Shown here: one piece after another, positions 42,736 to 51,974 of the stretch | How positions within the stretch are numbered: position 1 is the first letter of the stretch | Layout of the letters: each line of letters starts with the position of its first letter | NCBI GenBank assembly: GCA_902635545.1 | Contig: CACPOL010000003.1 | Span: 7,979 to 71,978 of the forward strand | DNA from: an uncultured Pelagibacteraceae bacterium | GTDB taxonomy: Bacteria; Pseudomonadota; Alphaproteobacteria; Pelagibacterales; Pelagibacteraceae | Direction: 5' to 3' | Length of the DNA: 64,000 bases | The notes under the pieces: generated by a model | What the model saw: only the letters and a program-made list of their open reading frames with translations | Databases searched by the model: none | What the model was told of the DNA's origin: nothing | Made by a program: the position numbers and the translations under genes

Positions 42736-44453
42736 TGCGGAAATTTGATAAAAAGAAATTACCCAGCAGACATACATCTCTTGGTGCTGATAGAGCTCCA
42801 CATAGATCATTTTACTATGCAATGGGAGAAACTGAAAAAGATGTCTCAAAACCATTTGTAGGTGTTGTATCTACATGGAATGAAGCTGCTCCATGTAATA
42901 TTGCATTAATGAGGCAAGCTCAATCTGTTAAAAAAGGTGTTAGAGCATTTGGTGGAACGCCGAGAGAATTTTGTACGATTACTGTTACTGACGGTATAGC
43001 AATGGGTCATGAGGGAATGAAGTCTTCATTGATCTCTAGAGAAGTAATTGCAGATAGCGCTGAACTTACTGTTAGAGGTCATTGTTATGATGCATTAGTA
43101 GGTATTGCAGGTTGTGATAAATCTTTACCAGGTTTAATGATGTCTATGGTTCGATTAAATGTTCCGAGTGTTTTTATTTATGGAGGATCAATACTACCAG
43201 GAAGATATAAAGGCAAAGATGTAACTGTTGTAGATGTTTTTGAAGCAGTTGGAAAACATTCATCAGGTCAAATGTCAGCAAAAGAATTAAGAAAATTAGA
43301 ATTAGTTGCATGTCCTACTGCAGGTGCTTGTGGTGGTCAATTCACTGCAAATACTATGGCTTGTGTATCAGAAGCCATTGGTTTAGCATTACCTTACTCA
43401 GCAGGAACGCCAGCACCATATGAAGAAAGAGACAAGTATGCAAAACTAAGTGGTAAAATGGTAATGGAATTATTAGCAAAAAAAATTAAACCAAGAGATA
43501 TCGTTACAAGAAAAGCATTAGAAAATGCTGCAACCATTGTTGCTGCAACTGGTGGTTCAACTAATGCAGCGTTACACTTACCTGCGATTGCAAATGAAGC
43601 AGGAATTAAATTTGATTTAATGGATGTTGCAAAAATTTTTAAAAAGACTCCTTACCTTGCAGATTTAAAACCAGGTGGAAAATATGTTGCAAAAGACATG
43701 TGGTTAGCTGGTGGAGTGCCAATGCTATTAAAAACTCTTTATGATGGTGGTTATATTCATGGTGATTGTTTGACAGTTACTGGTAAAACAATGAAAGAAA
43801 ATTTAAAAGGAATTAAATTTAATCCAAAACAAAAAGTTTTAAGAGCTTATAACAAACCATTATCCCCAGATGGTGGTGTTGTAGGTTTAAAAGGAAATTT
43901 GGCTCCTGATGGTGGAATTGTTAAAATTGCAGGACTTAAAAAATTACAATTTACTGGAAGGGCAAGATGTTTTGACAATGAAGAAAGTGCAATGAAAGCA
44001 GTTCAAAGCAAAAAATATAAAGATGGTGATGTAATTATTATTAGATACGAAGGACCAGTAGGTGGTCCAGGTATGAGAGAAATGCTTTCAACAACAGGTG
44101 CGATCTATGGACAAGGAAAAGGAGAAAAAGTTGCTTTAATTACTGACGGAAGATTTTCAGGAGCAACAAGAGGTTTTTGTGTTGGTCATGTTGGTCCAGA
44201 AGCTGCTCTTGGAGGACCTATTGCTCTACTACGTAATGGAGATATGATTGATATAGATGCTAAAAAAGGAACTATAAACGTTCGATTAACTAGATATCAA
44301 CTAGCCTCAAGAAGGAGAAAATGGAAGGCTAGAAAATCTGATTTCGGATCAGGTACTCTTTGGAAATATGCACAAACTGTTGGACCAGCATATTTAGGAG
44401 CGCCAACACATCCTGGCAAGAAAAAAGAAGTAAAGGATTATTCGAAAATTTAA
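42735..44453 (+). CDS. ilvD: Dihydroxy-acid dehydratase
   Basis: [33 protein letters not shown] and TDGRFSG motifs. Confidence 0.97.
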   Translation: MRKFDKKKLPSRHTSLGADRAPHRSFYYAMGETEKDVSKPFVGVVSTWNEAAPCNIALMRQAQSVKKGVRAFGGTPREFCTITVTDGIAMGHEGMKSSLISREVIADSAELTVRGHCYDALVGIAGCDKSLPGLMMSMVRLNVPSVFIYGGSILPGRYKGKDVTVVDVFEAVGKHSSGQMSAKELRKLELVACPTAGACGGQFTANTMACVSEAIGLALPYSAGTPAPYEERDKYAKLSGKMVMELLAKKIKPRDIVTRKALENAATIVAATGGSTNAALHLPAIANEAGIKFDLMDVAKIFKKTPYLADLKPGGKYVAKDMWLAGGVPMLLKTLYDGGYIHGDCLTVTGKTMKENLKGIKFNPKQKVLRAYNKPLSPDGGVVGLKGNLAPDGGIVKIAGLKKLQFTGRARCFDNEESAMKAVQSKKYKDGDVIIIRYEGPVGGPGMREMLSTTGAIYGQGKGEKVALITDGRFSGATRGFCVGHVGPEAALGGPIALLRNGDMIDIDAKKGTINVRLTRYQLASRRRKWKARKSDFGSGTLWKYAQTVGPAYLGAPTHPGKKKEVKDYSKI

Positions 44454-45640
44454 TGAAAATTCGCCCAGTTATTTTATGTGGTGGTGCAGGAACTCGACTT
44501 TGGCCTAATACCAAAAGACATCAGGCTAAACAGTTTATAGATTTTGGTAAATGGACTTTATTAGGGCAAACTCTAGAAAGAGTTAAATCTTCTCTGTTTG
44601 ATGCACCAATTATAAGCACTAATTCAAAATATCTTAAACAAGTCAAACAACATCTTAAAAAACACAAGATAAGAAAATTTAAAATAGTTCTTGAGCCTAT
44701 TAAAAAAAATACCGCTCCAGCAATACTAAGTACAGCATTGATTAAAGATATACCAGATGAACAACCATTAATCTTTTTAGCAGCTGATCACTTGATAGAG
44801 AAAGTTAGTTTATTTAATAAGTCTATTAAAAAAAACCAAAAAAAATTAACCAATCATAATATATTTATTTTTGGTATTAAACCGACAAAGCCTTCATGTG
44901 AGTTTGGTTATTTTTTAACAAAAAATAATAAAGTATCTAAATTTGTAGAAAAACCCAATATAGCAAAAGCAAAACAAATAATTAGTAAAAAGGGTTATTG
45001 GAATTCTGGAATGTTTTATTTAAGAAAAGACTCGATAATAAATAATTTCAAGAAATATCAACCAAATATTTATCGAAATTGTAATAATGCTGTAACAAAT
45101 GCCAAATGTAAAAATAATGTATATTATTTAAACAAACAAGCATTTACAAAAGCATCAGCTAAGTCTTTTGATTATGCAATATTAGAAAAAACTAAAGATA
45201 TAAATGCTATTAAATTAGATATTCCTTGGTCTGATCTGGGATCCTGGAAAGAGATCTGCAAAATGTATGGAAGAAATAAAAGACAGTATTTCAAAAAGAA
45301 AAATGTATTTCATAGACCGTGGGGGAGTTATGTTAATTTATTTAATGGTAAAGAATTCTTAATTAAAGAATTATACGTAAAACCTAAAGGTATATTAAGT
45401 CTTCAAAAACATCATCATAGAGCAGAACATTGGGTAGTAACACACGGCAAACCTAAAATTACTTTAAATAAAAAATACTTTACAATGAAACCAGATGAAA
45501 CTATTTTTATTCCATTAGGTGCAGTTCATAGAATAGAAAATCCATATAAAAAACCTGTTAAAATTATTGAGGCTCAAGTAGGCTCAATATTAAAAGAAAG
45601 TGACATTGTAAGATACAAAGATATATATGGAAGGGTTTAG
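44453..45640 (+). CDS. manC: Mannose-1-phosphate guanylyltransferase / mannose-6-phosphate isomerase (compact form)
   Basis: ILCGGAGTRLWP, KNTAPA, FVEKP, WNSGMF, WSDLGSW and a cupin with RPWG...LSLQKHHHRAEHW. True start is likely ATG 44453, overlapping the ilvD stop (TAATG). Confidence 0.9.
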   Translation: MKIRPVILCGGAGTRLWPNTKRHQAKQFIDFGKWTLLGQTLERVKSSLFDAPIISTNSKYLKQVKQHLKKHKIRKFKIVLEPIKKNTAPAILSTALIKDIPDEQPLIFLAADHLIEKVSLFNKSIKKNQKKLTNHNIFIFGIKPTKPSCEFGYFLTKNNKVSKFVEKPNIAKAKQIISKKGYWNSGMFYLRKDSIINNFKKYQPNIYRNCNNAVTNAKCKNNVYYLNKQAFTKASAKSFDYAILEKTKDINAIKLDIPWSDLGSWKEICKMYGRNKRQYFKKKNVFHRPWGSYVNLFNGKEFLIKELYVKPKGILSLQKHHHRAEHWVVTHGKPKITLNKKYFTMKPDETIFIPLGAVHRIENPYKKPVKIIEAQVGSILKESDIVRYKDIYGRV

Positions 45641-46167
45641 TGAAAAAAAGATTAAATAAAAACAAAGGAATTCTTTTTTGGATAACAGGGCTATCTGGAT
45701 CTGGCAAAACTACTTTGTCAAAAAAGATTAAGAATAAAATATCAAAATATTATGGTCCAACAATTATTGTAAGTGGTGATGATTTAAGAAAAATTTTTAA
45801 TTTAAGAGGTTATTCTTATTCAGAGAGACTTGTTTTAAACAGAAAATTTAGAAAATTTGCAAAATTTGTAATCAATCAAAAAATTAATTTGATATTTGCA
45901 ATAGTAGGTATGTTTCATGAAGCAAGATCTTGGAATAAAAAAAATATTGAAAATTATGTTGAAATTTATATTAAATCAAACATTAAAAATATTATAAAAT
46001 CTAATAAAAAAAAGATTTATAAAAAAAAAGGTGTTGGAGATATAGTTGGTGTAAATATTAAGCCTGAATTACCCAAAAAACCAGATATAATAATAAATAA
46101 TAATTTTAAAACTTCTATGAACAATTTATCAACACAATTATTAAAGAAAATTAGAAATTTAATATAA
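45640..46167 (+). CDS. APS-kinase-fold P-loop kinase (CysC-like, probably non-canonical substrate)
   Basis: WITGLSGSGKTT and GDDLR present; the canonical CysC ISPY and FTGIxxPYE motifs are not. GTG start overlaps the manC stop. Confidence 0.8.
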   Translation: MKKRLNKNKGILFWITGLSGSGKTTLSKKIKNKISKYYGPTIIVSGDDLRKIFNLRGYSYSERLVLNRKFRKFAKFVINQKINLIFAIVGMFHEARSWNKKNIENYVEIYIKSNIKNIIKSNKKKIYKKKGVGDIVGVNIKPELPKKPDIIINNNFKTSMNNLSTQLLKKIRNLI

Positions 46168-46198
46168 AGTAATATTTAGGTAAAATTTGTAAATCTTA

Positions 46199-47503
46199 AT
46201 GAAAAATAAAAAAAGAGTATATGTAGGATTATCAGCAGACATTCTTCATGAAGGACATATAAATATTCTAAAAATAGCGAATAGTTATGGAGATGTAATT
46301 GTTGGTCTTTTAACAGATGAAGCTATCGCCTCTTATAAAAACATTCCTCATTTAGATTTCAAAAGAAGAAAAATTATTCTACAAAATATTAAGTTTGTTA
46401 AAAAAGTTATACCACAGGAAACTTTAGATTACGTTAAGAATTTAAATTTAATAAAACCCCATTATGTGGTTCATGGTGATGATTGGAAAACTGGAGTTCA
46501 AAAAAAAACAAGATCGAGAGTAATTAAAACTTTAAAAAAATGGTCAGGAAAATTAATTGAACCAAAATATACAAAAAATATTTCTTCATCTTTAATCAAA
46601 AGTAAAATTTTACAAATAGGTACCTTGCCTCAAAATAGAGTTTCAAGATTAAAAAGATTGCTTTCGTCTAAAAAAATCGTCAGAATTTTAGAATCTCATA
46701 ATTCATTAACTGGCTTAATAATTGAAAATTTAAAAGTAACTAAAAAAAATATTGGTTTAGAGTTTGATGGAATGTGGTCATCTAGCTTAACAGACTCCGC
46801 CACCAAAGGGAAACCAGATAATTCATCAGTTGATTTTTCATCACGAATTTCATCTCTTAACGATATGATGGATGTAACAACTAAACCTTTAGTTTTTGAT
46901 GCCGATAATGGAGGTCAAATAGAACACCTATCATTTTTAATTAGATCATTGGAACGAGCTGGAGTGTCTGCCATTATTATGGAAGATAAAGTTGGACTTA
47001 AAAAAAATTCCTTATTTAAAAATCAATCTGATACAAAACAAGATAAAGCAGAAACATTTGCTAAAAAAATTAAAAAAATTTGTAAATCACGTCAATCTAA
47101 CGATTTTCTTGTAATTGCTAGAATAGAAAGTTTTATAGTAGGTAAAGGGATTAACGATGCTTTAAAAAGAGCAGAAATATACTCAAAAGCTGGAGCTGAT
47201 GCAATTTTAATCCACAGTAAAGAAAAAACACCACATGAAATTTTTTCCTTCGCTAAAAAATTTAAAAAAAGTAAAAACTTTGTACCTTTAGTATCTGTAC
47301 CCTCAACTTATTCTAAAGTTTATGAAAAAGATTTAATTAAAAATGGATTTAAAATAGTTATATATGCTAATCAACTGTTAAGAGCAGCTTACCCAGCGAT
47401 GCAAAACGCAGCTAAAACTATTTTGGAAAAAAGTAGAGCCTTCGAAATAGATAAAAAAATAATCCCGATAAAAGATATAATTAATTTAATTAAAAATGAT
47501 TAA
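46199..47503 (+). CDS. pepM: Cytidylyltransferase-phosphoenolpyruvate mutase fusion
   Basis: N-terminal HxGH cytidylyltransferase (DILHEGH, HGDDW). C-terminal PepM with the diagnostic EDKxxxxxNS motif (EDKVGLKKNS), plus ARIES and YANQLLRA. Confidence 0.96.
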   Translation: MKNKKRVYVGLSADILHEGHINILKIANSYGDVIVGLLTDEAIASYKNIPHLDFKRRKIILQNIKFVKKVIPQETLDYVKNLNLIKPHYVVHGDDWKTGVQKKTRSRVIKTLKKWSGKLIEPKYTKNISSSLIKSKILQIGTLPQNRVSRLKRLLSSKKIVRILESHNSLTGLIIENLKVTKKNIGLEFDGMWSSSLTDSATKGKPDNSSVDFSSRISSLNDMMDVTTKPLVFDADNGGQIEHLSFLIRSLERAGVSAIIMEDKVGLKKNSLFKNQSDTKQDKAETFAKKIKKICKSRQSNDFLVIARIESFIVGKGINDALKRAEIYSKAGADAILIHSKEKTPHEIFSFAKKFKKSKNFVPLVSVPSTYSKVYEKDLIKNGFKIVIYANQLLRAAYPAMQNAAKTILEKSRAFEIDKKIIPIKDIINLIKND

Positions 47504-48596
47504 AATCAATTCTTTAATCAACATTTTAAATAAAAATAATAATAGTTTTTTTACTGGAGTACCTGATAGTGTTTTAAAAGAACTTTCTTTTTATTTACAA
47601 AATAAAACTAAAAAAAATCATGTTATAGCTACAAATGAAGGATCAGCTATATCCATAGGTATTGGACATTATCTTTCTACAAAAAAAATTCCTTGTATTT
47701 ATATGCAAAATTCTGGTTTATCAAATGCATTAAACCCACTTATTTCTATTGCCCATCAAAAAGTTTATTCTATACCATTAATCTTAATTATTGGATGGAG
47801 AGGATCGCCAAAAATAAAAGATGAGCCTCAGCATAATGTTAAAGGAAAAATTACTGAAAAATTATTAAAACTTTTAAATATAAAATACACAATAATAAGA
47901 TCTAATAATGATCTTAAAAAATTTGATAAACAAATTAAATTAGCAAAAAAAAACAAATCTATTGTAGCTTGTTTGATTGAACAAGGAACTTTGGAAAAAA
48001 ATAATAAAAAAATCAAAAAAAAAGATTACTATAAACTTGATAAAGAATTTTTTTTTAAAACCCTTCTTGAAACTTTAGATAATAAATCAAAAATTGTTTC
48101 TAGCACTGGTTATAATTCTAGAGAAATAATGTATATAAGAAAAAAATATCAACTTAAAAATTCTCAAGATTTTTATATGGTAGGTGGGATGGGGCATACT
48201 TCATCTGTGGCTCTTGGATACTCATTATCAACAAATAAAAAAACCATCTGTGTTGACGGTGATGGTTCATTTTTAATGCATTTAGGCTCAATTAAAACAG
48301 CAGGTGCATTTGCTAACAAAAACTTCAAATATATTCTATTGAATAACAATACTCACGATTCAGTTGGTGGTCAAAGTACCTATGCTAAGAATATTAACTT
48401 TGAAAAACTATCAAAAAGTTTGGGCTTTAAAAAATTTTATAGCATTAAAAATAATCAAAATTTAAAGAAAAATCTAAAAAGATTTCTTTCTGGAAATAGT
48501 TTAAATTTTTTAGAAGTTGGAGTTACAAATAGTAAAATCAAAAATTTACCAAGGCCAAAAAATTTGATTAATATAAAAAAACAATTTATGAAATAA
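47496..48596 (+). CDS. ppd: Phosphonopyruvate decarboxylase
   Basis: FTGVPDS, NEG, YMQNSG, GWRG, DEPQH and the ThDP motif GDGS...NN; follows pepM. Confidence 0.95.
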   Translation: MIKINSLINILNKNNNSFFTGVPDSVLKELSFYLQNKTKKNHVIATNEGSAISIGIGHYLSTKKIPCIYMQNSGLSNALNPLISIAHQKVYSIPLILIIGWRGSPKIKDEPQHNVKGKITEKLLKLLNIKYTIIRSNNDLKKFDKQIKLAKKNKSIVACLIEQGTLEKNNKKIKKKDYYKLDKEFFFKTLLETLDNKSKIVSSTGYNSREIMYIRKKYQLKNSQDFYMVGGMGHTSSVALGYSLSTNKKTICVDGDGSFLMHLGSIKTAGAFANKNFKYILLNNNTHDSVGGQSTYAKNINFEKLSKSLGFKKFYSIKNNQNLKKNLKRFLSGNSLNFLEVGVTNSKIKNLPRPKNLINIKKQFMK

Positions 48597-49696
48597 TGGT
48601 TAATTCTATTGAAGATATTAAAAAATTTGTTAGCGATAATGGTTTTAAAAAAATATTTATTTTATGTGGTAAAAAATCTTTTGTTACATCTGGTGCTGAA
48701 AAATTTTTTAAAAAAGATATAAATCACAAAGAAATAAAATTTTTTTACAAAAATTCGGATCTTCCAATTTTAGAAGAACTTATTGAAATAATTAAAGAAA
48801 TAAGAAATTTTAAACCAAATTTAATTCTTGCAGTAGGCGGAGGTGCGGTAATCGATTATGCCAAGATAGCTAATGTTGTTGATATAAGACCTGATTTGGC
48901 AGATTTGATTATCAACTATTCTTATCCGTTTAAAAATAAATATACTAAATTAGCAGTTATACCAACAACTGCCGGCTCTGGAGCTGAGGTAACTTCAAAT
49001 GCAGTTATTTATGTTGATGGAATTAAACATTCTTTTGAAAGCCAATTATTAATTCCAGATAATTTTTTTTTAATTCCTGAATTTTTAATTTCTGCACCTG
49101 ACAAAATTAAAGCTTCTGCAGGTTTTGATGCAATTGCACAAGCTTTAGAGTCTTTAGTTTCCAAAAAATCAGATGATCAGAGTGTTGACTATGCTTCTAA
49201 ATCTTTAAGAGTATCAATAAATAGTTATATTTCTTTTTTAAATGACCCTAATTTAAAAAATGCAACTGAAATGGCCATTGCATCAAATTTAGCTGGTAAA
49301 GCAATCAACATATCAAAAACAACCGCGCCTCATGCTGTTTCATATCCTTTTACTTCTTTATTCAATGTAAGTCATGGTCATGCAGTGGGCTTATTTTTTG
49401 AAAAATTTTTTAAGTTTAATTACGAAAACAAAGAAAAATCAGAAACCTCTTTTGACTTAAAAAAAAGATTTGATTTAATATTTAACCTATTTGATGTTCA
49501 AGGAATTAATGATTTTAATTCAAAAATATCATTAATAAAAAAACAAGCAAAATTAGAGGATAATCTTCAAACATTAGATATTAATATTAAACAAAGCTCA
49601 GATGATATTATAAAAGGTATAAATTTATTAAGACTTGGTAATAATCCAGTAAAAATTGGAGAAAAAGATATTTATAATATTATTTCAGGAAATTAA
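48596..49696 (+). CDS. Phosphonoacetaldehyde reductase (group III metal-dependent alcohol dehydrogenase, PhpC/FomC-like)
   Basis: GGGAVIDYAK, PTTAGSGAE, DAIAQALES, TTAPHA and HGHA motifs; coupled to ppd. Confidence 0.87.
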   Translation: MVNSIEDIKKFVSDNGFKKIFILCGKKSFVTSGAEKFFKKDINHKEIKFFYKNSDLPILEELIEIIKEIRNFKPNLILAVGGGAVIDYAKIANVVDIRPDLADLIINYSYPFKNKYTKLAVIPTTAGSGAEVTSNAVIYVDGIKHSFESQLLIPDNFFLIPEFLISAPDKIKASAGFDAIAQALESLVSKKSDDQSVDYASKSLRVSINSYISFLNDPNLKNATEMAIASNLAGKAINISKTTAPHAVSYPFTSLFNVSHGHAVGLFFEKFFKFNYENKEKSETSFDLKKRFDLIFNLFDVQGINDFNSKISLIKKQAKLEDNLQTLDINIKQSSDDIIKGINLLRLGNNPVKIGEKDIYNIISGN

Positions 49697-49703
49697 TTAA
49701 GAA

Positions 49704-49734
49704 ATGGCAGTATTTAATTATTAAATACTGCCAT
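49704..49734. terminator. 14-bp perfect inverted repeat between convergent genes (probable bidirectional terminator)
   Basis: ATGGCAGTATTTAA-tta-TTAAATACTGCCAT. Confidence 0.75.
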
Positions 49735-49743
49735 AAAATTTGT

Positions 49744-50709
49744 TTAAAACCAATTATTTGGAATAATTATGTAGTGAATTGCTAAGACAATTCCGACTGA
49801 AACACTTAATCCAAAGATCATTTTAAGAAAGTCTTTACCAATTAATGGGAAGACATACTTAAATTTATATTCTTTGTTCATTGTTGAAATCGCAAGTTCT
49901 CTACCACATAATAAACCAACGAAAACCCATGTAGTTGACATAGGCAAATCATTAAGTTCTTTAAAGTAGAATAAGACACCAGCATAAATTACGTTAATAA
50001 TTGTAGCTGATCTTGCATATCTAGTTCCAGTCTTCTCCAAAACAACTTTCTGAATTGGTCCACCTTGAATGTAGAAAATATAAAATAATAATGCAGTGAA
50101 GTAAGCCATTACAATTAAAAGTAATGTTAAATCTAACTGTCTAGGTAGATATACTGCAATATTAGCTACATCGTGAGATAACCAAACCCACCATAACCAA
50201 CCTGAAGAAACCCAAACAGCATTTCTCCAAAAGGCAATATATTTTTCATCAACTTCATCTAATTTTTCATTGATAAATTTTGATACTACTATCCAGGCAA
50301 TATAAGCGACCGTTGCCGCTAAACCATATCCAACTACACTTTTTAATAGCATTTTTTCAAGCACAACTGTTGAAGCAAATGCTGAAAGAACTAAGAAAGT
50401 AGTAGATACCGGTATTCCAATTCTTGTTAATAATAACAATATTGCAGGTGCTACTGCATGATACCACTGAATTTCTTGATAAGGTATTCTAGTTAATCTT
50501 CCATAAGAAATATCACCATCATATGAATACCATCCCCATGCTAACGCAAAAATCATTACAGCTGATGCAGATCCTGCAAGTATATACCATTTAAACCACT
50601 TCTTCTTTGAAGCTATAAATGTACCAAGTGTTTGGATTGAGTCGTTAGCGATTACGCTATAACCGGCAAGGGCAAACCCTATAACCGTGTAAACTAAAGT
50701 CATTTCCAT
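49744..50709 (-). CDS. PiT/PHO4-like inorganic phosphate (or sulfate) permease, divergent
   Basis: Polytopic membrane protein with two PiT-like signature sets: IANDSIQTLGT...PVSTT and SHDVAN...PMSTT. Strong AAGGAG SD. Confidence 0.62.
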   Translation of the reverse strand: MEMTLVYTVIGFALAGYSVIANDSIQTLGTFIASKKKWFKWYILAGSASAVMIFALAWGWYSYDGDISYGRLTRIPYQEIQWYHAVAPAILLLLTRIGIPVSTTFLVLSAFASTVVLEKMLLKSVVGYGLAATVAYIAWIVVSKFINEKLDEVDEKYIAFWRNAVWVSSGWLWWVWLSHDVANIAVYLPRQLDLTLLLIVMAYFTALLFYIFYIQGGPIQKVVLEKTGTRYARSATIINVIYAGVLFYFKELNDLPMSTTWVFVGLLCGRELAISTMNKEYKFKYVFPLIGKDFLKMIFGLSVSVGIVLAIHYIIIPNNWF

Positions 50710-50902
50710 GTTTTATCTCCTTTATATTATTGTTTTCGGTTCCTATCGATTCATGACTTAAGATCTATGTAACGTGAGAGTAAAAAAAATTCTATAAAAG
50801 AATAAACTAGTTTCGGAATCAGAGGATGGATTCGTCAACTAATAAACTATTAAATATTGATGTCTACTTTTAAATATTTTTTATTTCTCAATAGAGTTGT
50901 AT

Positions 50903-51553
50903 TTATTTAATTAATTTCTTAATAAAATATACAGCAATAAGAGCTCCCAAAAATTCAGCTAAAATATATGTAGGCGTATTCAAATAATTAATTCCTGTAA
51001 AAGAATCAGTAAAAGTTCTAGCTATTGCAACAGCTGGATTTGCAAAAGATGTTGATGATGTGAACCAATAACCAGCCATAATATATGTTGCAACACTAGC
51101 AGCTATTGTTATTTTGCCATCTTTTTGAGTAGCAAAAATAATAAAAATTAAACCAAAAGTAGCAATTATTTCAGATAAGAAGATATGAAAACCATCTCTA
51201 TTTTTTGTCGATAACTCAAGAATATCGTGTTCAAAAAAAACATTAGCCAACATAACACCTAGCAAACAACCAAGTATTTGGGCAGGAACATATATGATGA
51301 GAAGTTTTCCATTGATTTTTTTTCTTAAAAACATCGCTAAACTCACAAAAGGATTGAAATGTGCACCTGAAATATTTGCAAAAGCAGTTATTAAGACAAA
51401 TAGGCCAGCACCAGTTGCGAGTGTATTAGCCGTTAATCTCAAAGCATTATCATTTGTGAGATTTTCAGCCATTATTCCAGACCCGACAATAACCATTACT
51501 AAAAAGCTACTTCCAATAAATTCACCTAAAAATATTTTGTTAGTATTTTTCAT
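50903..51553 (-). CDS. MIP/aquaporin family channel, AqpS-like (putative arsenite efflux)
   Basis: ISGAHFNPF and YWFTSSTSFANPA; overlaps arsC by 14 nt. Confidence 0.87.
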   Translation of the reverse strand: MKNTNKIFLGEFIGSSFLVMVIVGSGIMAENLTNDNALRLTANTLATGAGLFVLITAFANISGAHFNPFVSLAMFLRKKINGKLLIIYVPAQILGCLLGVMLANVFFEHDILELSTKNRDGFHIFLSEIIATFGLIFIIFATQKDGKITIAASVATYIMAGYWFTSSTSFANPAVAIARTFTDSFTGINYLNTPTYILAEFLGALIAVYFIKKLIK

Positions 51554-51974
51554 TTAGAATCCAATTTTTAATTCTTTTATCAATATTATTAAAAGTATCA
51601 GTAATTATCTTAAATTTTTTATCCTCACTAGCGTCATTTAGTTTTGTTACTGGATCTTCAATATCCCAGTGTATGATTTGATTTCCCTTAGGCCAAATAG
51701 GACATACTTCATTATTTGCATTATTACATACAGTAATAACATGATCAATTTTGATTTCTCCATTAACAAAAACATTAAAATTTTTGGATGAGTAGTTTTG
51801 AAGATTGAAACCTTTATTATTTAAAAAATGTTTTATATCTTTATTAATTTCTCCACAAGGATTACTACCAGCACTATAGGCTTTGAATTTATCATTATAT
51901 CTATTATTAACTAAAGACTCAGCTATGATACTTCTTGCAGAGTTTCCTGTACAAACAAATAATATATTTTTCAC
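51540..51974 (-). CDS. arsC: Arsenate reductase, LMW-PTPase fold
   Basis: FVCTGNSARS P-loop, SAGS, a second Cys pair (TVC-x6-CPIWP) and HWDIEDP. Confidence 0.88.
   Translation of the reverse strand: MKNILFVCTGNSARSIIAESLVNNRYNDKFKAYSAGSNPCGEINKDIKHFLNNKGFNLQNYSSKNFNVFVNGEIKIDHVITVCNNANNEVCPIWPKGNQIIHWDIEDPVTKLNDASEDKKFKIITDTFNNIDKRIKNWILNEKY

Noticed and set aside
44360-44452. N-terminal extension of manC in the ORF track
   Set aside because: It overlaps the ilvD 3' end by 94 nt; the family N-terminus ([11 protein letters not shown]) begins at 44453.
45640-46167. Calling the kinase cysC for sulfate assimilation
   Set aside because: There is no cysDN, sat or cysH nearby and canonical substrate motifs are missing, so no gene symbol was given.
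50710-50902. 193-bp gap upstream of the PiT-like gene: possible Pho box, small RNA or leader peptide
   Set aside because: The half-site-like words (GTTACAT and AAGTCAT on the minus strand) are 14 nt apart rather than 11. The GAATC/GATTC stem is only 5 bp, and the short ORFs lack a properly spaced SD.
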